Positions 32,768-42,050 of a stretch of DNA of 53,307 nt are shown piece by piece. A program made the position numbers and the translations under genes. The stretch spans positions 1-53,307 of the forward strand of contig CAZRCS010000001.1 in assembly GCA_964598645.1 (NCBI GenBank), given 5' to 3'. The DNA is from an uncultured bacterium. GTDB lineage: Bacteria > Fermentibacterota > Fermentibacteria > Fermentibacterales > JCC-6. The notes under the pieces are model-generated. The model ran no database searches, had not been told where the DNA came from, and was given only the letters and a program-made list of their open reading frames with translations. Positions within the stretch are counted from its first letter, which is position 1; each line of letters begins with the position of its first letter.

Positions 32768-35419
32768 TTGCACAGGAAACTGATACTCTTCGACATACTG
32801 GGAATTCTATACAGGGGACACTATGCAATGATCAAAAGGCCCCTGAAGGGCAAAGACGGTACAGTTACAAGCGGCCTCAGTCACCTGCTTTCAGAACTTG
32901 CACGGGCAATAGAGGAGAACCCCGGTTCTGTTATAGTCGCAGTTGGAGATGCCCCCGGTCCCACTTTCAGGTCTGATATTTTTCCAGAGTACAAGGCCAA
33001 TCGGCCTGAAACCCCTGAGGATCTCAGAGAACAGACAAGGCTCGCCAGAAAATTAATACCCCTCATGGGTATTCCCTTCATAGAAAAGGAAGGCCTTGAA
33101 GCAGATGATCTTATAGCTTCCATTGCCCGATCCTCAAGTCTTCCTGTGATTGTCGTTTCGCCTGACAAGGATTTGCTGCAACTGGTTTCAGAAGACATAT
33201 CCGTGCTTCGCCCGGGAAGATACGGCGGATCATCTACACTGGTCGAGCAGGGTGGTGTCAGTAGCATCATGGGTGTACCCGCTGAAAAAGTGGCAGATCT
33301 CCTGGCCCTTATGGGAGACTCTTCCGATAATATTCCAGGAGCAAAGGGCATAGGCTCTAAGGGTGCCGCGAAACTTCTTGCCGATTTCGATTCCGTGGAG
33401 AACATTTACCGGAATATTGATTCTGTTTCCCCTGAATCACTACGCAGGAAACTAGCCGATTCTGAAGATGCCGTGCGGCTGAGCCTCGAACTTACAAGAC
33501 TGGACAGACCCCTTCCAGAAGATGTTTCCCCCGGTGACTTCGAAATGAAGGTACCTGACCGCAAGGCTCTTATTCCCATACTCGACAGGCTCTCCATGTC
33601 CAAGGTGGCAGACTTCGCAGGTATTGAGCTTCTTTCAGGGGATACAGGCCCAGACCGGACCGAATACATCTGCAAAACGCACATCGTAGACCGGCCGGAA
33701 AACTTTTCGATACCCGGAAACGGCCCTGTGAGTATTGACACCGAGACAACCTCAAAAGACCCTTCTGAGGCGGAACTCATAGGGTTCTCGGTTACTTCAA
33801 GCGCAGATGAGAGCTGGTACGTTGATTACAGGAACGCCACCAGCAGAAAAGAATACCTCCGTCTGCTTGAAAACATGGCAAAAAAGAGGGGATACATAGC
33901 CCAGAATGCAAAGTATGACGCAAGGGTTCTCGCCGGCTGCGGAGTAATTCTTCCGGTTCCCGCGGGAGATCCCTACCTGGCAGACTACCTCCTGCGACCG
34001 GAAGCAAGGGAGCACTCACTGAAGAAACTCGTACCGCTTTGGCTGAGAAAGACCATGGACACCTTCGACGAGGTTTCCAGGGGTACCGGTACCCTTGAAA
34101 GTGTGCCCCTTGAGGAGGTGGCCAGGTATTGCTGCACGGATTCCGCCTCAACCCTTGCCCTTTCCAGAAGGCTCGACATGGAAATGGAGGAAGATCCCGA
34201 CCTTAAAAGTGTCTATCATGACGTTGAACTTCCTCTTTCAGCGGTTCTGACACAGATGGAGATCACCGGTATCCGCCTTGACAGGGAAGCCCTGCGCCAG
34301 GAGGGAGACAGCATTAATCGTGAGATCTTCCGCCTCATGGAACTTGCTTCCGAACAGACAGGCAGGTCCGTCAATCTTGCCAGTCCATCCCAGGTTGCCT
34401 CCGTTCTTTTCGATACACTGGGCCTGGATCCCGTCAGAAAAACCAGCAAAGGAGCCAGATCCACAGGTATTACCGTTCTGGAAGCCCTCAGGGGAAAACA
34501 TCCCTTCGTGGAAACACTGATTGGATTCCGGGAACTTGCAAAGCTTCAGAACACGTACGTTCAGAAACTGCCGGGGTACGTGAATGCTAAAACAGGTTTG
34601 ATCCATACCAGTTTCAACCAGGCTGTAACCGCCACAGGAAGACTCAGCTCTTCGAACCCGAACATGCAGAACATTCCAATACGAACAGAACGGGGCAGGG
34701 CAATCAGAAGGTGCTTCATGCCCCCTTCAGAAGGACACATGTTCGTAACCGCCGATTACTCACAGATAGAGCTCCGGCTTCTTGCCCATTTTGCAGGCGA
34801 TGGTGTGTTGAGACAGGCATATCGTGAAAAGGCAGATATACACAACAGAACCGCCATGGCTGTTTTCGGCGATGCCTCGCCGGAACACCGGAGAAAGGCC
34901 AAGGAAATAAACTTCTCCATAATTTATGGGATCAGTCCATACGGACTTTCCCAGAGGCTTTCGATTACAAGGGGAGAAGCTTCTGACATAATATCACGTT
35001 ATTACGAGACCTATCCCGAAGTCAGGGAATTCTATGAAAAAACAGTTTCAGAAGCGGAAACCAGCGGAGAGGTCAGAACTGTTCTTGGCAGAAAGAGATC
35101 CTTCGCTGACATGTCAGGAGCCAGGGGCAACAATCTGAAACAGATGGAACGGGCAGCGGTTAACTCCCGTGTTCAGGGTTCCGCCGCCGACATAATAAAA
35201 CTTGCAATGATACGGGTGTCAGACGCGCTGAAAAGGGAACTTCCCGGAGCTTCACTGGTACTGCAGGTACACGACGAGCTGGTTCTTTCCTGCCCGAGGG
35301 AACAGGCAGAGAAAGCAGCTGTAATTCTGAAAGGGGAGATGGAATCGGCTATGGAACTTCAAGTTCCTCTCACCGTGGAAACGGGTACTGGAGAGAACTG
35401 GCTTTCAGCCGGCCATTAG
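32768..35419 (+). CDS. polA: DNA polymerase I (5'-3' exonuclease, 3'-5' exonuclease and polymerase domains)
   Basis: LGDSSDNIPGAKGIG (5' nuclease), SIDTETTS / AQNAKYDARVL / YCCTDSA (Exo I-III), DYSQIELRLLAHF and QVHDELV (polymerase motifs A and C). TTG start. Confidence 0.95.
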   Translation: MHRKLILFDILGILYRGHYAMIKRPLKGKDGTVTSGLSHLLSELARAIEENPGSVIVAVGDAPGPTFRSDIFPEYKANRPETPEDLREQTRLARKLIPLMGIPFIEKEGLEADDLIASIARSSSLPVIVVSPDKDLLQLVSEDISVLRPGRYGGSSTLVEQGGVSSIMGVPAEKVADLLALMGDSSDNIPGAKGIGSKGAAKLLADFDSVENIYRNIDSVSPESLRRKLADSEDAVRLSLELTRLDRPLPEDVSPGDFEMKVPDRKALIPILDRLSMSKVADFAGIELLSGDTGPDRTEYICKTHIVDRPENFSIPGNGPVSIDTETTSKDPSEAELIGFSVTSSADESWYVDYRNATSRKEYLRLLENMAKKRGYIAQNAKYDARVLAGCGVILPVPAGDPYLADYLLRPEAREHSLKKLVPLWLRKTMDTFDEVSRGTGTLESVPLEEVARYCCTDSASTLALSRRLDMEMEEDPDLKSVYHDVELPLSAVLTQMEITGIRLDREALRQEGDSINREIFRLMELASEQTGRSVNLASPSQVASVLFDTLGLDPVRKTSKGARSTGITVLEALRGKHPFVETLIGFRELAKLQNTYVQKLPGYVNAKTGLIHTSFNQAVTATGRLSSSNPNMQNIPIRTERGRAIRRCFMPPSEGHMFVTADYSQIELRLLAHFAGDGVLRQAYREKADIHNRTAMAVFGDASPEHRRKAKEINFSIIYGISPYGLSQRLSITRGEASDIISRYYETYPEVREFYEKTVSEAETSGEVRTVLGRKRSFADMSGARGNNLKQMERAAVNSRVQGSAADIIKLAMIRVSDALKRELPGASLVLQVHDELVLSCPREQAEKAAVILKGEMESAMELQVPLTVETGTGENWLSAGH

Positions 35420-35428
35420 AATATCAGC

Positions 35429-36760
35429 ATGAAAAACTCAATTACGTATTTGATTGTAGCAGCAGCTTTCCTTACTCTGCTCTCCTGCGGAAAAGGCAGT
35501 GAAACAAACGTTCTTATTATTCTCATGGATACGGTGAGAGCGGACCATCTGAGCTGTTACGGCTATGAACGCAATACCACCCCTTTCATCGATAGTCTGG
35601 CATCTTCCGGCACTATGGCACGCAGATGTCAGGGACAGGCGTCATGGACCCTTCCAACAATGACATCCATACTCTCCGGTAGAACTACCGTGGAGCACGG
35701 CGCCGGAAGAAGGAACGGAATATTCTACGGGGTTGCCCCTGAGCTTCCCTGGCTGCCCCACACGTTTTACAGTGAGGGTTACCGTACGGCGGCCTTTTTC
35801 AATGTAATGTTCATGAACGAGGACTTCGGCTTCCACAGGGGGTTCCAGCATTTTGATTGCCAGGGAGTTGCAAGCGGAAACAGCCTTCGAAAAGCTGAGC
35901 CCACCGTTAATGATTTCCTTGGTTGGCTGGATTCATCCGACGGTTCGAAACCCTTTTTTGCCACGGTGCATTTCTACGATCCCCATATTCCCTATAATCC
36001 GCCTGCCCCCTACGACACTCTCTATACCGATCCTTTTTACCAGGGAGATTACAGAGAAGAGTGGGGGACAGATGTAACCGAAATGATGGCTGTGAACTCA
36101 GGTGAGGTAGTACCGTCTCCAGAAGACATACACAACCTTGAAGCCCTCTATGACGGCGAAATTACTTACACGGATGCCCAGATCGGACGTCTTCTCCGGG
36201 AACTCAGGGTCAGGGGGCTCGCTGAAAATACCATTGTGGTTCTTGTTGGAGACCATGGTGAGGAATTCCTGGAACACAACGGCATAGAGCATGGAAGAAC
36301 ACTCTATCAGGAGCTTACCCATATTCCACTGATCATTTCAGGTCCTGGATTCAGCGCCGGACGGATAATAGAGCAACCGGTGGCCCAGTACGACATCGCA
36401 CCAACAATAGCTGCGGCTGCAGGACTTGAATACCCGGCCGGTGAACACTCTGTGAACCTGACGGATGCTGAAATACCCCTGAGGGACATAGGCGCAAGCG
36501 GCGTCCTGTGGCGTACAGAAGGAGATCTCGTCTCAATAGTGAATGGAGACAGCAAGCTCATCTGGTCCGTTGAAGACGACTCGGCTCAGTCATTCGATCT
36601 TGGAATCGACCCCGGAGAGAATTCTCCGGTGGAACCCTTCACTGAACTTTTCGAGGCAGCCGGTTACTACTGGTCAACACCACCCGAAGCCAATCCATCC
36701 GAGGTCAACTACAGTGAAACCGCCGCAAGGGAACTGAGAAATCTTGGTTATATCAGATAA
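35429..36760 (+). CDS. Sulfatase-family (alkaline-phosphatase superfamily) lipoprotein lacking the formylglycine motif
   Basis: Lipobox LTLLSCGKG, ILMDTVRADHLSCYGYERNTTPFIDSLA and VGDHGEEFLEHNG. At the C/S-x-P-x-R position it reads T-L-P-T-M. Confidence 0.85.
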   Translation: MKNSITYLIVAAAFLTLLSCGKGSETNVLIILMDTVRADHLSCYGYERNTTPFIDSLASSGTMARRCQGQASWTLPTMTSILSGRTTVEHGAGRRNGIFYGVAPELPWLPHTFYSEGYRTAAFFNVMFMNEDFGFHRGFQHFDCQGVASGNSLRKAEPTVNDFLGWLDSSDGSKPFFATVHFYDPHIPYNPPAPYDTLYTDPFYQGDYREEWGTDVTEMMAVNSGEVVPSPEDIHNLEALYDGEITYTDAQIGRLLRELRVRGLAENTIVVLVGDHGEEFLEHNGIEHGRTLYQELTHIPLIISGPGFSAGRIIEQPVAQYDIAPTIAAAAGLEYPAGEHSVNLTDAEIPLRDIGASGVLWRTEGDLVSIVNGDSKLIWSVEDDSAQSFDLGIDPGENSPVEPFTELFEAAGYYWSTPPEANPSEVNYSETAARELRNLGYIR

Positions 36761-37226
36761 CTGACAGGATTAAAAACTCGTCACCGGCTTGAACCCTGTA
36801 GGATCCCCTGGGGAGGTCAGACACATCGAATACCGCGGTTCCTTCTGCACTGGCAGCTGTTTTCGTCACAGTTCTACCCGATGCATCGATGAGGGATACC
36901 TGGATATTCTGCTCTGCTCCATGAATAACGGCAGAACCTGATACCACCGGATTGGACTGTAGACGCAGTCCTTCATCGGAGCAGCTCTCACTTATACCGG
37001 TGTACCACTCTTTGAAAATGGCATCTCTTGGACAGTATAAAACGCATGTTCCGCAGCCGCTGCAAAGCTCGGGATCTATCAAGGCGTCTCCTCCCACAAT
37101 GGAAATAGCACCTTCGGCACATGCATAAGTGCAGTTCCCGCAGCCGTTACACTTTGCCTTGTCTACCACGTATACCCATTTAAGAGGGGTAACAACCATT
37201 ATCAGAATTAACAACAATCTAGCCAT
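36753..37226 (-). CDS. 2x[4Fe-4S] ferredoxin domain protein with an N-terminal signal or anchor and a T9SS-type C-terminal sorting-like domain
   Basis: MARLLLILIMVVTPL at the N-terminus, then CNGCGNCTYAC and CSGCGTCVLYCP. The C-terminal 70 aa (LQSNPVVSGSAVI..VSLIDASGRTV..LPRGSYRVQAGDEFLILSVI) follow the T9SS CTD / FlgD-Ig-like pattern. Confidence 0.75.
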   Translation of the reverse strand: MARLLLILIMVVTPLKWVYVVDKAKCNGCGNCTYACAEGAISIVGGDALIDPELCSGCGTCVLYCPRDAIFKEWYTGISESCSDEGLRLQSNPVVSGSAVIHGAEQNIQVSLIDASGRTVTKTAASAEGTAVFDVSDLPRGSYRVQAGDEFLILSVI

Positions 37227-37701
37227 TGGAATCTCCAGTCAATCTTCTGCGTTGTATCTCCCAGGCAAGCATAGCTGCAACACTGGAAACATTGATGCAC
37301 TTTCTCAGGCCTGTCTGGGGAATCATTACCTTTATCTCACTGAGGGCCAGAACCTCCGCTGAAACCCCATCTGCCTCGTTACCCAATACGAAGGCGGAAT
37401 TCAAGGGGAATCTTGCCAGATGCAGGGGAACTGCATCCCCGGTGTTTTCCACGGAGACTATCATTCTGCTGCATGATGCCAGCTGCACCGCAGAAATGGC
37501 ATCTTCGAACCATCTCCAGGGCACAGACGAATGTGTTCCCCTGGAGGTTCTTCCTACCTTTCTGCCGCCGGGTGTAGCTGTTATTCCGCAAAGGATAACA
37601 CCGCATGGGGAAATGGATTCCGCGGTACGGAATACCGAACCTGCGTTGAAGGCACTTCGCAGCGAATCCAGTACGAACAGAGGAAAATTTTCTGTAAACA
37701 T
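37219..37701 (-). CDS. SpoU/TrmH-family RNA 2'-O-methyltransferase (short form)
   Basis: LRSAFNAGSVFRTAE, AFVLGNEADGVSAEVL and IPQTGLRKCINVSSVAAMLAWEI, which are SpoU motifs 1-3. Confidence 0.85.
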   Translation of the reverse strand: MFTENFPLFVLDSLRSAFNAGSVFRTAESISPCGVILCGITATPGGRKVGRTSRGTHSSVPWRWFEDAISAVQLASCSRMIVSVENTGDAVPLHLARFPLNSAFVLGNEADGVSAEVLALSEIKVMIPQTGLRKCINVSSVAAMLAWEIQRRRLTGDSNG

Positions 37702-37828
37702 TGTGCAATTCTATCCTCGTCGGGAGAACAGGTCAATATTCATACCTGGATGCTGTGAATTGGTCATTGACATTACCGAAGATGGTTCATAGATAAAACA
37801 ATGACAGCAGTCGCAGAGGAGATAAATA

Positions 37829-38230
37829 ATGAACAAGGTCGTTGTCCACACGGTCAGAGCTGAGATCCTGAAGGGATACACTGCAGATTTCTCGAAGGAC
37901 CGGCCCGGGTTCCTTCTCTCGACTGAGGAAGACGGGGTAAGGATCAACCAGAAAATAGAGCTGAAAGACCTGAAAGCTGTTTTCTTCGTGAAGTCTTTCG
38001 AAGGTAATTTTCTCCACAAAACCCTGCACACCTTCGATGACCTCAGCGGATACGGGAAAAAGGTCTTGGTGAAGTTTCGAGACGGGGAACGCTTCTACGG
38101 AAGGGTAGAGGTTCTCAAGCCCGAGGATCAGGGTTTTTTCATATATCCCCTCGACACCGAATCAAACACCATAAGAGCCTTCGTACTTAAAGACTTCATA
38201 AGCGATATAAGGCTTATGGATTCTGACTGA
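37829..38230 (+). CDS. Conserved hypothetical small protein
   Basis: GAGGAG RBS 7 nt upstream of the ATG. The product is 133 aa and contains ILKGYTADF..IELKDLKAVFFVKSFEGN, which resembles an uncharacterised family I cannot name with confidence. Confidence 0.6.
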   Translation: MNKVVVHTVRAEILKGYTADFSKDRPGFLLSTEEDGVRINQKIELKDLKAVFFVKSFEGNFLHKTLHTFDDLSGYGKKVLVKFRDGERFYGRVEVLKPEDQGFFIYPLDTESNTIRAFVLKDFISDIRLMDSD

Positions 38231-38918
38231 ACTGAATTCTTCCCCGATAACCTACTCGCAACCCGTCAAATGCAAGCTCTACACACCTGACCTCTACACC
38301 TTCTGACACAGCTGTTCTCAAAGCTTCGGCAAATTCAGGATCTGTCTCCCGGTTCGCCATGAAAAACCCCTCTCCATGTACGAAAACAAGGAAAACAACT
38401 GCCGTGCGCATTCCTCTCCGTGACATCTCCGTCAGTTCCATGACATGCTTCTTCCCCCTGCTCGTCGGGGCATCCGGGAACATTGCCATGCCGTTTCTGA
38501 GCAGAGTACAGCCCTTTACCTCCACCCAAATGTTCCCGTTCAGCAGGAAGTCGAACCTGCTGCCGCCCAGTGGGGACTTAACTTCGGCACGTAATTCTTC
38601 GATATGACCCAGTGGAGAGAACTTCGAATTGAATATCTCCGTTGCAAGGCTTCTGTGAAAAGACGTGTTCACCAGGATCCAGCCGTTTTCTGACCACGCT
38701 CCAAGAAGAGACCAGGCGGTCTTCCTTCCCCGGGATGAAGCAGGCAGAATCAGTATGCGGTTTCCCGGGTAAAGAAGTTCCAGAAGCCTTCCCGGGTCAG
38801 GCACATGAACATTTACCCTTTTTCCGGAAGGTAATGAAGCAACCAGAAGGAATCTGTTGGGTCTTTCCACAAACACCCCGGGGACACCTCCCGGAATGTT
38901 CAAAAGGACATTCTTCAC
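38214..38918 (-). CDS. sfsA: Sugar fermentation stimulation protein A (SfsA nuclease-fold protein)
   Basis: ERPNRFLLVASL, VHVPDPGRLLELL, RFDFLL, VEVKGCTL and FPDAPTSRGKKHVMEL. Confidence 0.9.
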   Translation of the reverse strand: MKNVLLNIPGGVPGVFVERPNRFLLVASLPSGKRVNVHVPDPGRLLELLYPGNRILILPASSRGRKTAWSLLGAWSENGWILVNTSFHRSLATEIFNSKFSPLGHIEELRAEVKSPLGGSRFDFLLNGNIWVEVKGCTLLRNGMAMFPDAPTSRGKKHVMELTEMSRRGMRTAVVFLVFVHGEGFFMANRETDPEFAEALRTAVSEGVEVRCVELAFDGLRVGYRGRIQFSQNP

Positions 38919-38935
38919 CGCGCCTCCTTTAAATA

Positions 38936-40120
38936 GTGCTCAGAATATCGGTAAATATACCCATGGACCTAAAACTGAAACCCAGTTCATCGATTGTGCT
39001 CTTTCTGGTTCTTCTCATTGCTCTGTTGTACGTAAATACCGGTGAGCAGCCTGCGGGAGCATCAGACGGCATATGGAGGGGAGAGGTGACAACGGTAACT
39101 GCACTGGGAGCCATGGTTTCCACTTCATGCGGCAACCTGTGGGTATCATCTGAAGATATCTGCAGACATGCCCTGAGCAGAGATTCACTGCTGGTTCTGG
39201 GTCGCAGAAATACCCGGTTCATATCTCCCTTCTCCATAAGGGTAAAACCCTGGGACTCTCCTGTAAGAAGAATAAGGGCCGGCATCAGGTCCCTTCTGGA
39301 AAGAAGAATTGGGAACTGCCGGTCAAGGGGGCTTGCAGGCGGTCTTCTCATGGGTCTTCGCGGCATGATAACCAAAGAAACAGCAGATTCCTTCAGGAAC
39401 TCAGGAACATCACATCTGCTTGCTCTTTCAGGGCTTCACGCTGCTGCAGCGGCTGCTTTCATATTACTGATAAACGGTTTGCTTTTCGGGAAAAGATCCG
39501 TTTCATATGTTCTCGCCGCTTGCGGCATAGTCTTCTTCGTGGTCATATCCGGTGCCAGAGCCTCCACTGTCAGAGCTGGAATAATGTCCGTTTGCGCCCT
39601 TCTCTGGATAAGCCGCAGGGGGGGAAAGCTGGACATTCTCTCACTATGGTGGCTGTCCCTTGCAATGTCGATTCTGATCATGCCGGGTACCCTTACTGAC
39701 CGCGGAGCCTGGATGTCATACGGAGCAGTGCTTTCGCTTATTCTTCTTGGAAAGAACTTCAGGGGAAAAGCGGGGATTATCATCTCTCCGCTCATGGCAG
39801 GGATAACCGTCACAACAGCTCTGGCGCCTCTCATCACCAGCATGTACGGAGGTTTCGCCTGGCTTGGTCCCCTGGCAACCGTTCTCTCACTGCCATTGAT
39901 GATCACGGTGATGTTTCTTGGGGTCCTGACTGCTGCAGGGTTACCCGCAGCCGAACAGTTGCTTAATGCTGTTTCAGGATTCTGGCACGGAATGCTGGAG
40001 TTTTTCTGCCATGAACCTGTTGCCATGCCGCCTGCTCTCATGTGGTTTCTGTGGGTACCGGCACTGACTGGGCTAAGGATTTTCTCCCGGTGGAATGGTT
40101 TCCACAGAAGGTTCAGGTAG
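38936..40120 (+). CDS. comEC: ComEC/Rec2 family membrane protein, competence-channel core only
   Basis: FRNSGTSHLLALSGLHAAAAAAFILL is the ComEC core signature, within a polytopic protein. No metallo-beta-lactamase domain follows. The start is either GTG 38936 or ATG 38963. Confidence 0.8.
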   Translation: MLRISVNIPMDLKLKPSSSIVLFLVLLIALLYVNTGEQPAGASDGIWRGEVTTVTALGAMVSTSCGNLWVSSEDICRHALSRDSLLVLGRRNTRFISPFSIRVKPWDSPVRRIRAGIRSLLERRIGNCRSRGLAGGLLMGLRGMITKETADSFRNSGTSHLLALSGLHAAAAAAFILLINGLLFGKRSVSYVLAACGIVFFVVISGARASTVRAGIMSVCALLWISRRGGKLDILSLWWLSLAMSILIMPGTLTDRGAWMSYGAVLSLILLGKNFRGKAGIIISPLMAGITVTTALAPLITSMYGGFAWLGPLATVLSLPLMITVMFLGVLTAAGLPAAEQLLNAVSGFWHGMLEFFCHEPVAMPPALMWFLWVPALTGLRIFSRWNGFHRRFR

Positions 40121-40984
40121 AGATATGGTATCATGCTGGAGTATTACCGTATCCTCGATCACACCAATCTCCATTACAGAATCCGAAGGGATCTGGTATA
40201 TGTCCGTCAGAACCGGAACTGTATCCACCTGAACTGTTTGCAGTGTGTCAGGCACGGAGATTTCCACATCTTCGGGGGTTTCTTCTTCGGTGACAATTAA
40301 AGGAGAAGCACTCTCATCCCTGAGAAACCGTATGAAGATCGAACCTGAATTGTCCAGGGCGCCCTGGAGGTTATCAAGGGCCACTGCCTCGAACTCAGCC
40401 CCAAGGGGAAGTTCAATGGACATGCTGTCTCCGGGAAAAAGCGGCCATGCATCCCTTACGCCGCCGGGGAAGTGGCCAATAAGGACGGTAAGACCGTCGT
40501 ATCCTGAAAGGCCGTCATCTTCCACCATGATGGTATAGCTTCCTGCAGGAAGAGAAAGAGAGCGGGTTCTCTCAAGGATGGCAAGGTGATATGCGCTTGA
40601 AACGGTAATGGTAGGCGTAACCTCCAGTATAACTGGAAGAAACCGTACAGAATCAGTTGCAGAAGGGGTTTTCACCACAACTGTAACGCTGTCGATGAAA
40701 CCCGGTGATGCCTGCCATGTTACGCTTCTGCCAAAAGCAACGGTGGAGTCGGTGTCGGTAAACCTTCCGGAGCTGCAGGTCCATACTGCCTGGGCACCGT
40801 CGGGGAGAATGGTGGAAAGGTATGCGGTTCCGTCTCCGGATGGGTCGATAGACGCAAGGATCTGCACCGGTTCATTCAGCTGCCCGAGGCTTTCTCTTAC
40901 AAGGTAGACCAGAAGGAGGACCACCGGAAGAAGAATGGGCAGCAACACAGGAAGCAGTTGTTTGAGTTTTCCTTTTCTTGCCAT
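40073..40984 (-). CDS. Hypothetical N-terminally anchored extracytoplasmic protein
   Basis: I chose the internal ATG at 40984 (MARKGKLKQLLPVLLPILLPVVLLLVYLV). The rest is beta-rich with an acidic C-terminal tail. The 3' end overlaps comEC convergently by 48 nt. No family recognised. Confidence 0.55.
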   Translation of the reverse strand: MARKGKLKQLLPVLLPILLPVVLLLVYLVRESLGQLNEPVQILASIDPSGDGTAYLSTILPDGAQAVWTCSSGRFTDTDSTVAFGRSVTWQASPGFIDSVTVVVKTPSATDSVRFLPVILEVTPTITVSSAYHLAILERTRSLSLPAGSYTIMVEDDGLSGYDGLTVLIGHFPGGVRDAWPLFPGDSMSIELPLGAEFEAVALDNLQGALDNSGSIFIRFLRDESASPLIVTEEETPEDVEISVPDTLQTVQVDTVPVLTDIYQIPSDSVMEIGVIEDTVILQHDTISLPEPSVETIPPGENP

Positions 40985-41027
40985 AGTGGAGGTGAATATA
41001 ATCGGAGTAACAGATGAAAGGACAGCA

Positions 41028-42050
41028 ATGCAGAATACAATGGAATTCTTCATGCAGCTTCTCAGAACGAGGAGCGTAACCGGAAATACCGATCTGGCGG
41101 CGGAAATAGTAAGATCGAAGCTTGAATCCATCGGTCTCTACGTCAAGCAGACCAATAAGGGTTCCATCATTGCAACCCTTGAGGGCACCACAGATGACTC
41201 CGCAGTGATCAGTGCCCATATAGATACACTTGGAGCGGTGGTTTCAAAGATAGACAGCAGCGGAACCCTCAGGTACAAGTGCGTGGGCGGTTTCACACCT
41301 GGGAGCATCGAGGGAGAGTACTGCCTGGTGGAAACATTTTCAGGGAATATCATTCCCGGCACCATTCTCTTCAAACACACATCGGTCCATGCATACGGAA
41401 GAGAGAAGAGCGAGGCAAAACGATCCCACGATGAAATGTACATAAGGCTTGACCATAACATCACATCCCCTGAGGACGTGAAGAACCTGGGTATAAGCGT
41501 GGGAAACTACGTTCATTTCGATCCCAGGGCGAAACAGCTGGAATCAGGCTATGTAAAGAGCCGTCACATAGATGATAAAGCTGGAGTAACAGTTCTTGTT
41601 GGTGTTGCGGATAATCTTGTAAGACAGAAGGTTAAACCTCAGAGAAACATACACTTCCTCTTCACGGTCCACGAAGAAGTCGGCCACGGAGCAGCGGGAT
41701 GGCTCCCTGACAAAGTGTCCGACTTCCTGGCAGTGGATATGGGAGTATGCGGGCCGGACCAGACCTCGGATGAGAAAAAAGTCACCATCTGTGCCGCGGA
41801 CAGTTCAGGTCCTTACAACTATGAACTGACAAAACACCTGATCAATCTGGCGGAGATAAACGGCATACCCCATGTGGTTGACACGTTCCCGTTCTACGGT
41901 TCCGACGCAGGGGCGGCACTAAGAATGGGACTCGATGCAAGACATGCCCTGGTGGGGCCAGGGGTGGATACATCCCATGCCATTGAAAGAACCCATGAAG
42001 ACGGCATAAAGGCCACTATGGACCTGGTTACCCTCTTTGCAATGGAGTAG
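41028..42050 (+). CDS. M42 family metallopeptidase (FrvX/YsdC-like aminopeptidase)
   Basis: SAHIDTLG, SRHIDDKAGV, FTVHEEVGHGAAG and AVDMG are the metal ligands of the M42 family. The track start at 40935 would overlap the divergent gene, so ATG 41028 or 41040 is more likely. Confidence 0.88.
   Translation: MQNTMEFFMQLLRTRSVTGNTDLAAEIVRSKLESIGLYVKQTNKGSIIATLEGTTDDSAVISAHIDTLGAVVSKIDSSGTLRYKCVGGFTPGSIEGEYCLVETFSGNIIPGTILFKHTSVHAYGREKSEAKRSHDEMYIRLDHNITSPEDVKNLGISVGNYVHFDPRAKQLESGYVKSRHIDDKAGVTVLVGVADNLVRQKVKPQRNIHFLFTVHEEVGHGAAGWLPDKVSDFLAVDMGVCGPDQTSDEKKVTICAADSSGPYNYELTKHLINLAEINGIPHVVDTFPFYGSDAGAALRMGLDARHALVGPGVDTSHAIERTHEDGIKATMDLVTLFAME

Noticed and set aside
32681-32773. Long form of the lpxL-like ORF, whose start would overlap the divergent polA start
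   Set aside because: The extra 31 residues (MQIPLPPCACGKANIMGF...) are unlike the family. The internal ATG at 32680 gives the typical basic N-terminus plus TM helix and leaves an 87-bp divergent promoter region.
37767-37795. TTGACA-N17-TAGATA upstream of the 37829 gene, and TAGACC-N18-TATAAT at 43578-43607 upstream of ddl, as promoters
   Set aside because: Only one hexamer of each pair is good, and the sigma-factor consensus for this lineage is unknown. The support is too weak to list them as features.
40985-41131. Extended starts of the divergent pair at 40073-41131 (minus) and 40935-42050 (plus)
   Set aside because: The long forms would overlap each other by about 200 nt head to head. The internal Met codons (40984, and 41028 or 41040) give a proper signal anchor and a family-typical M42 N-terminus respectively.
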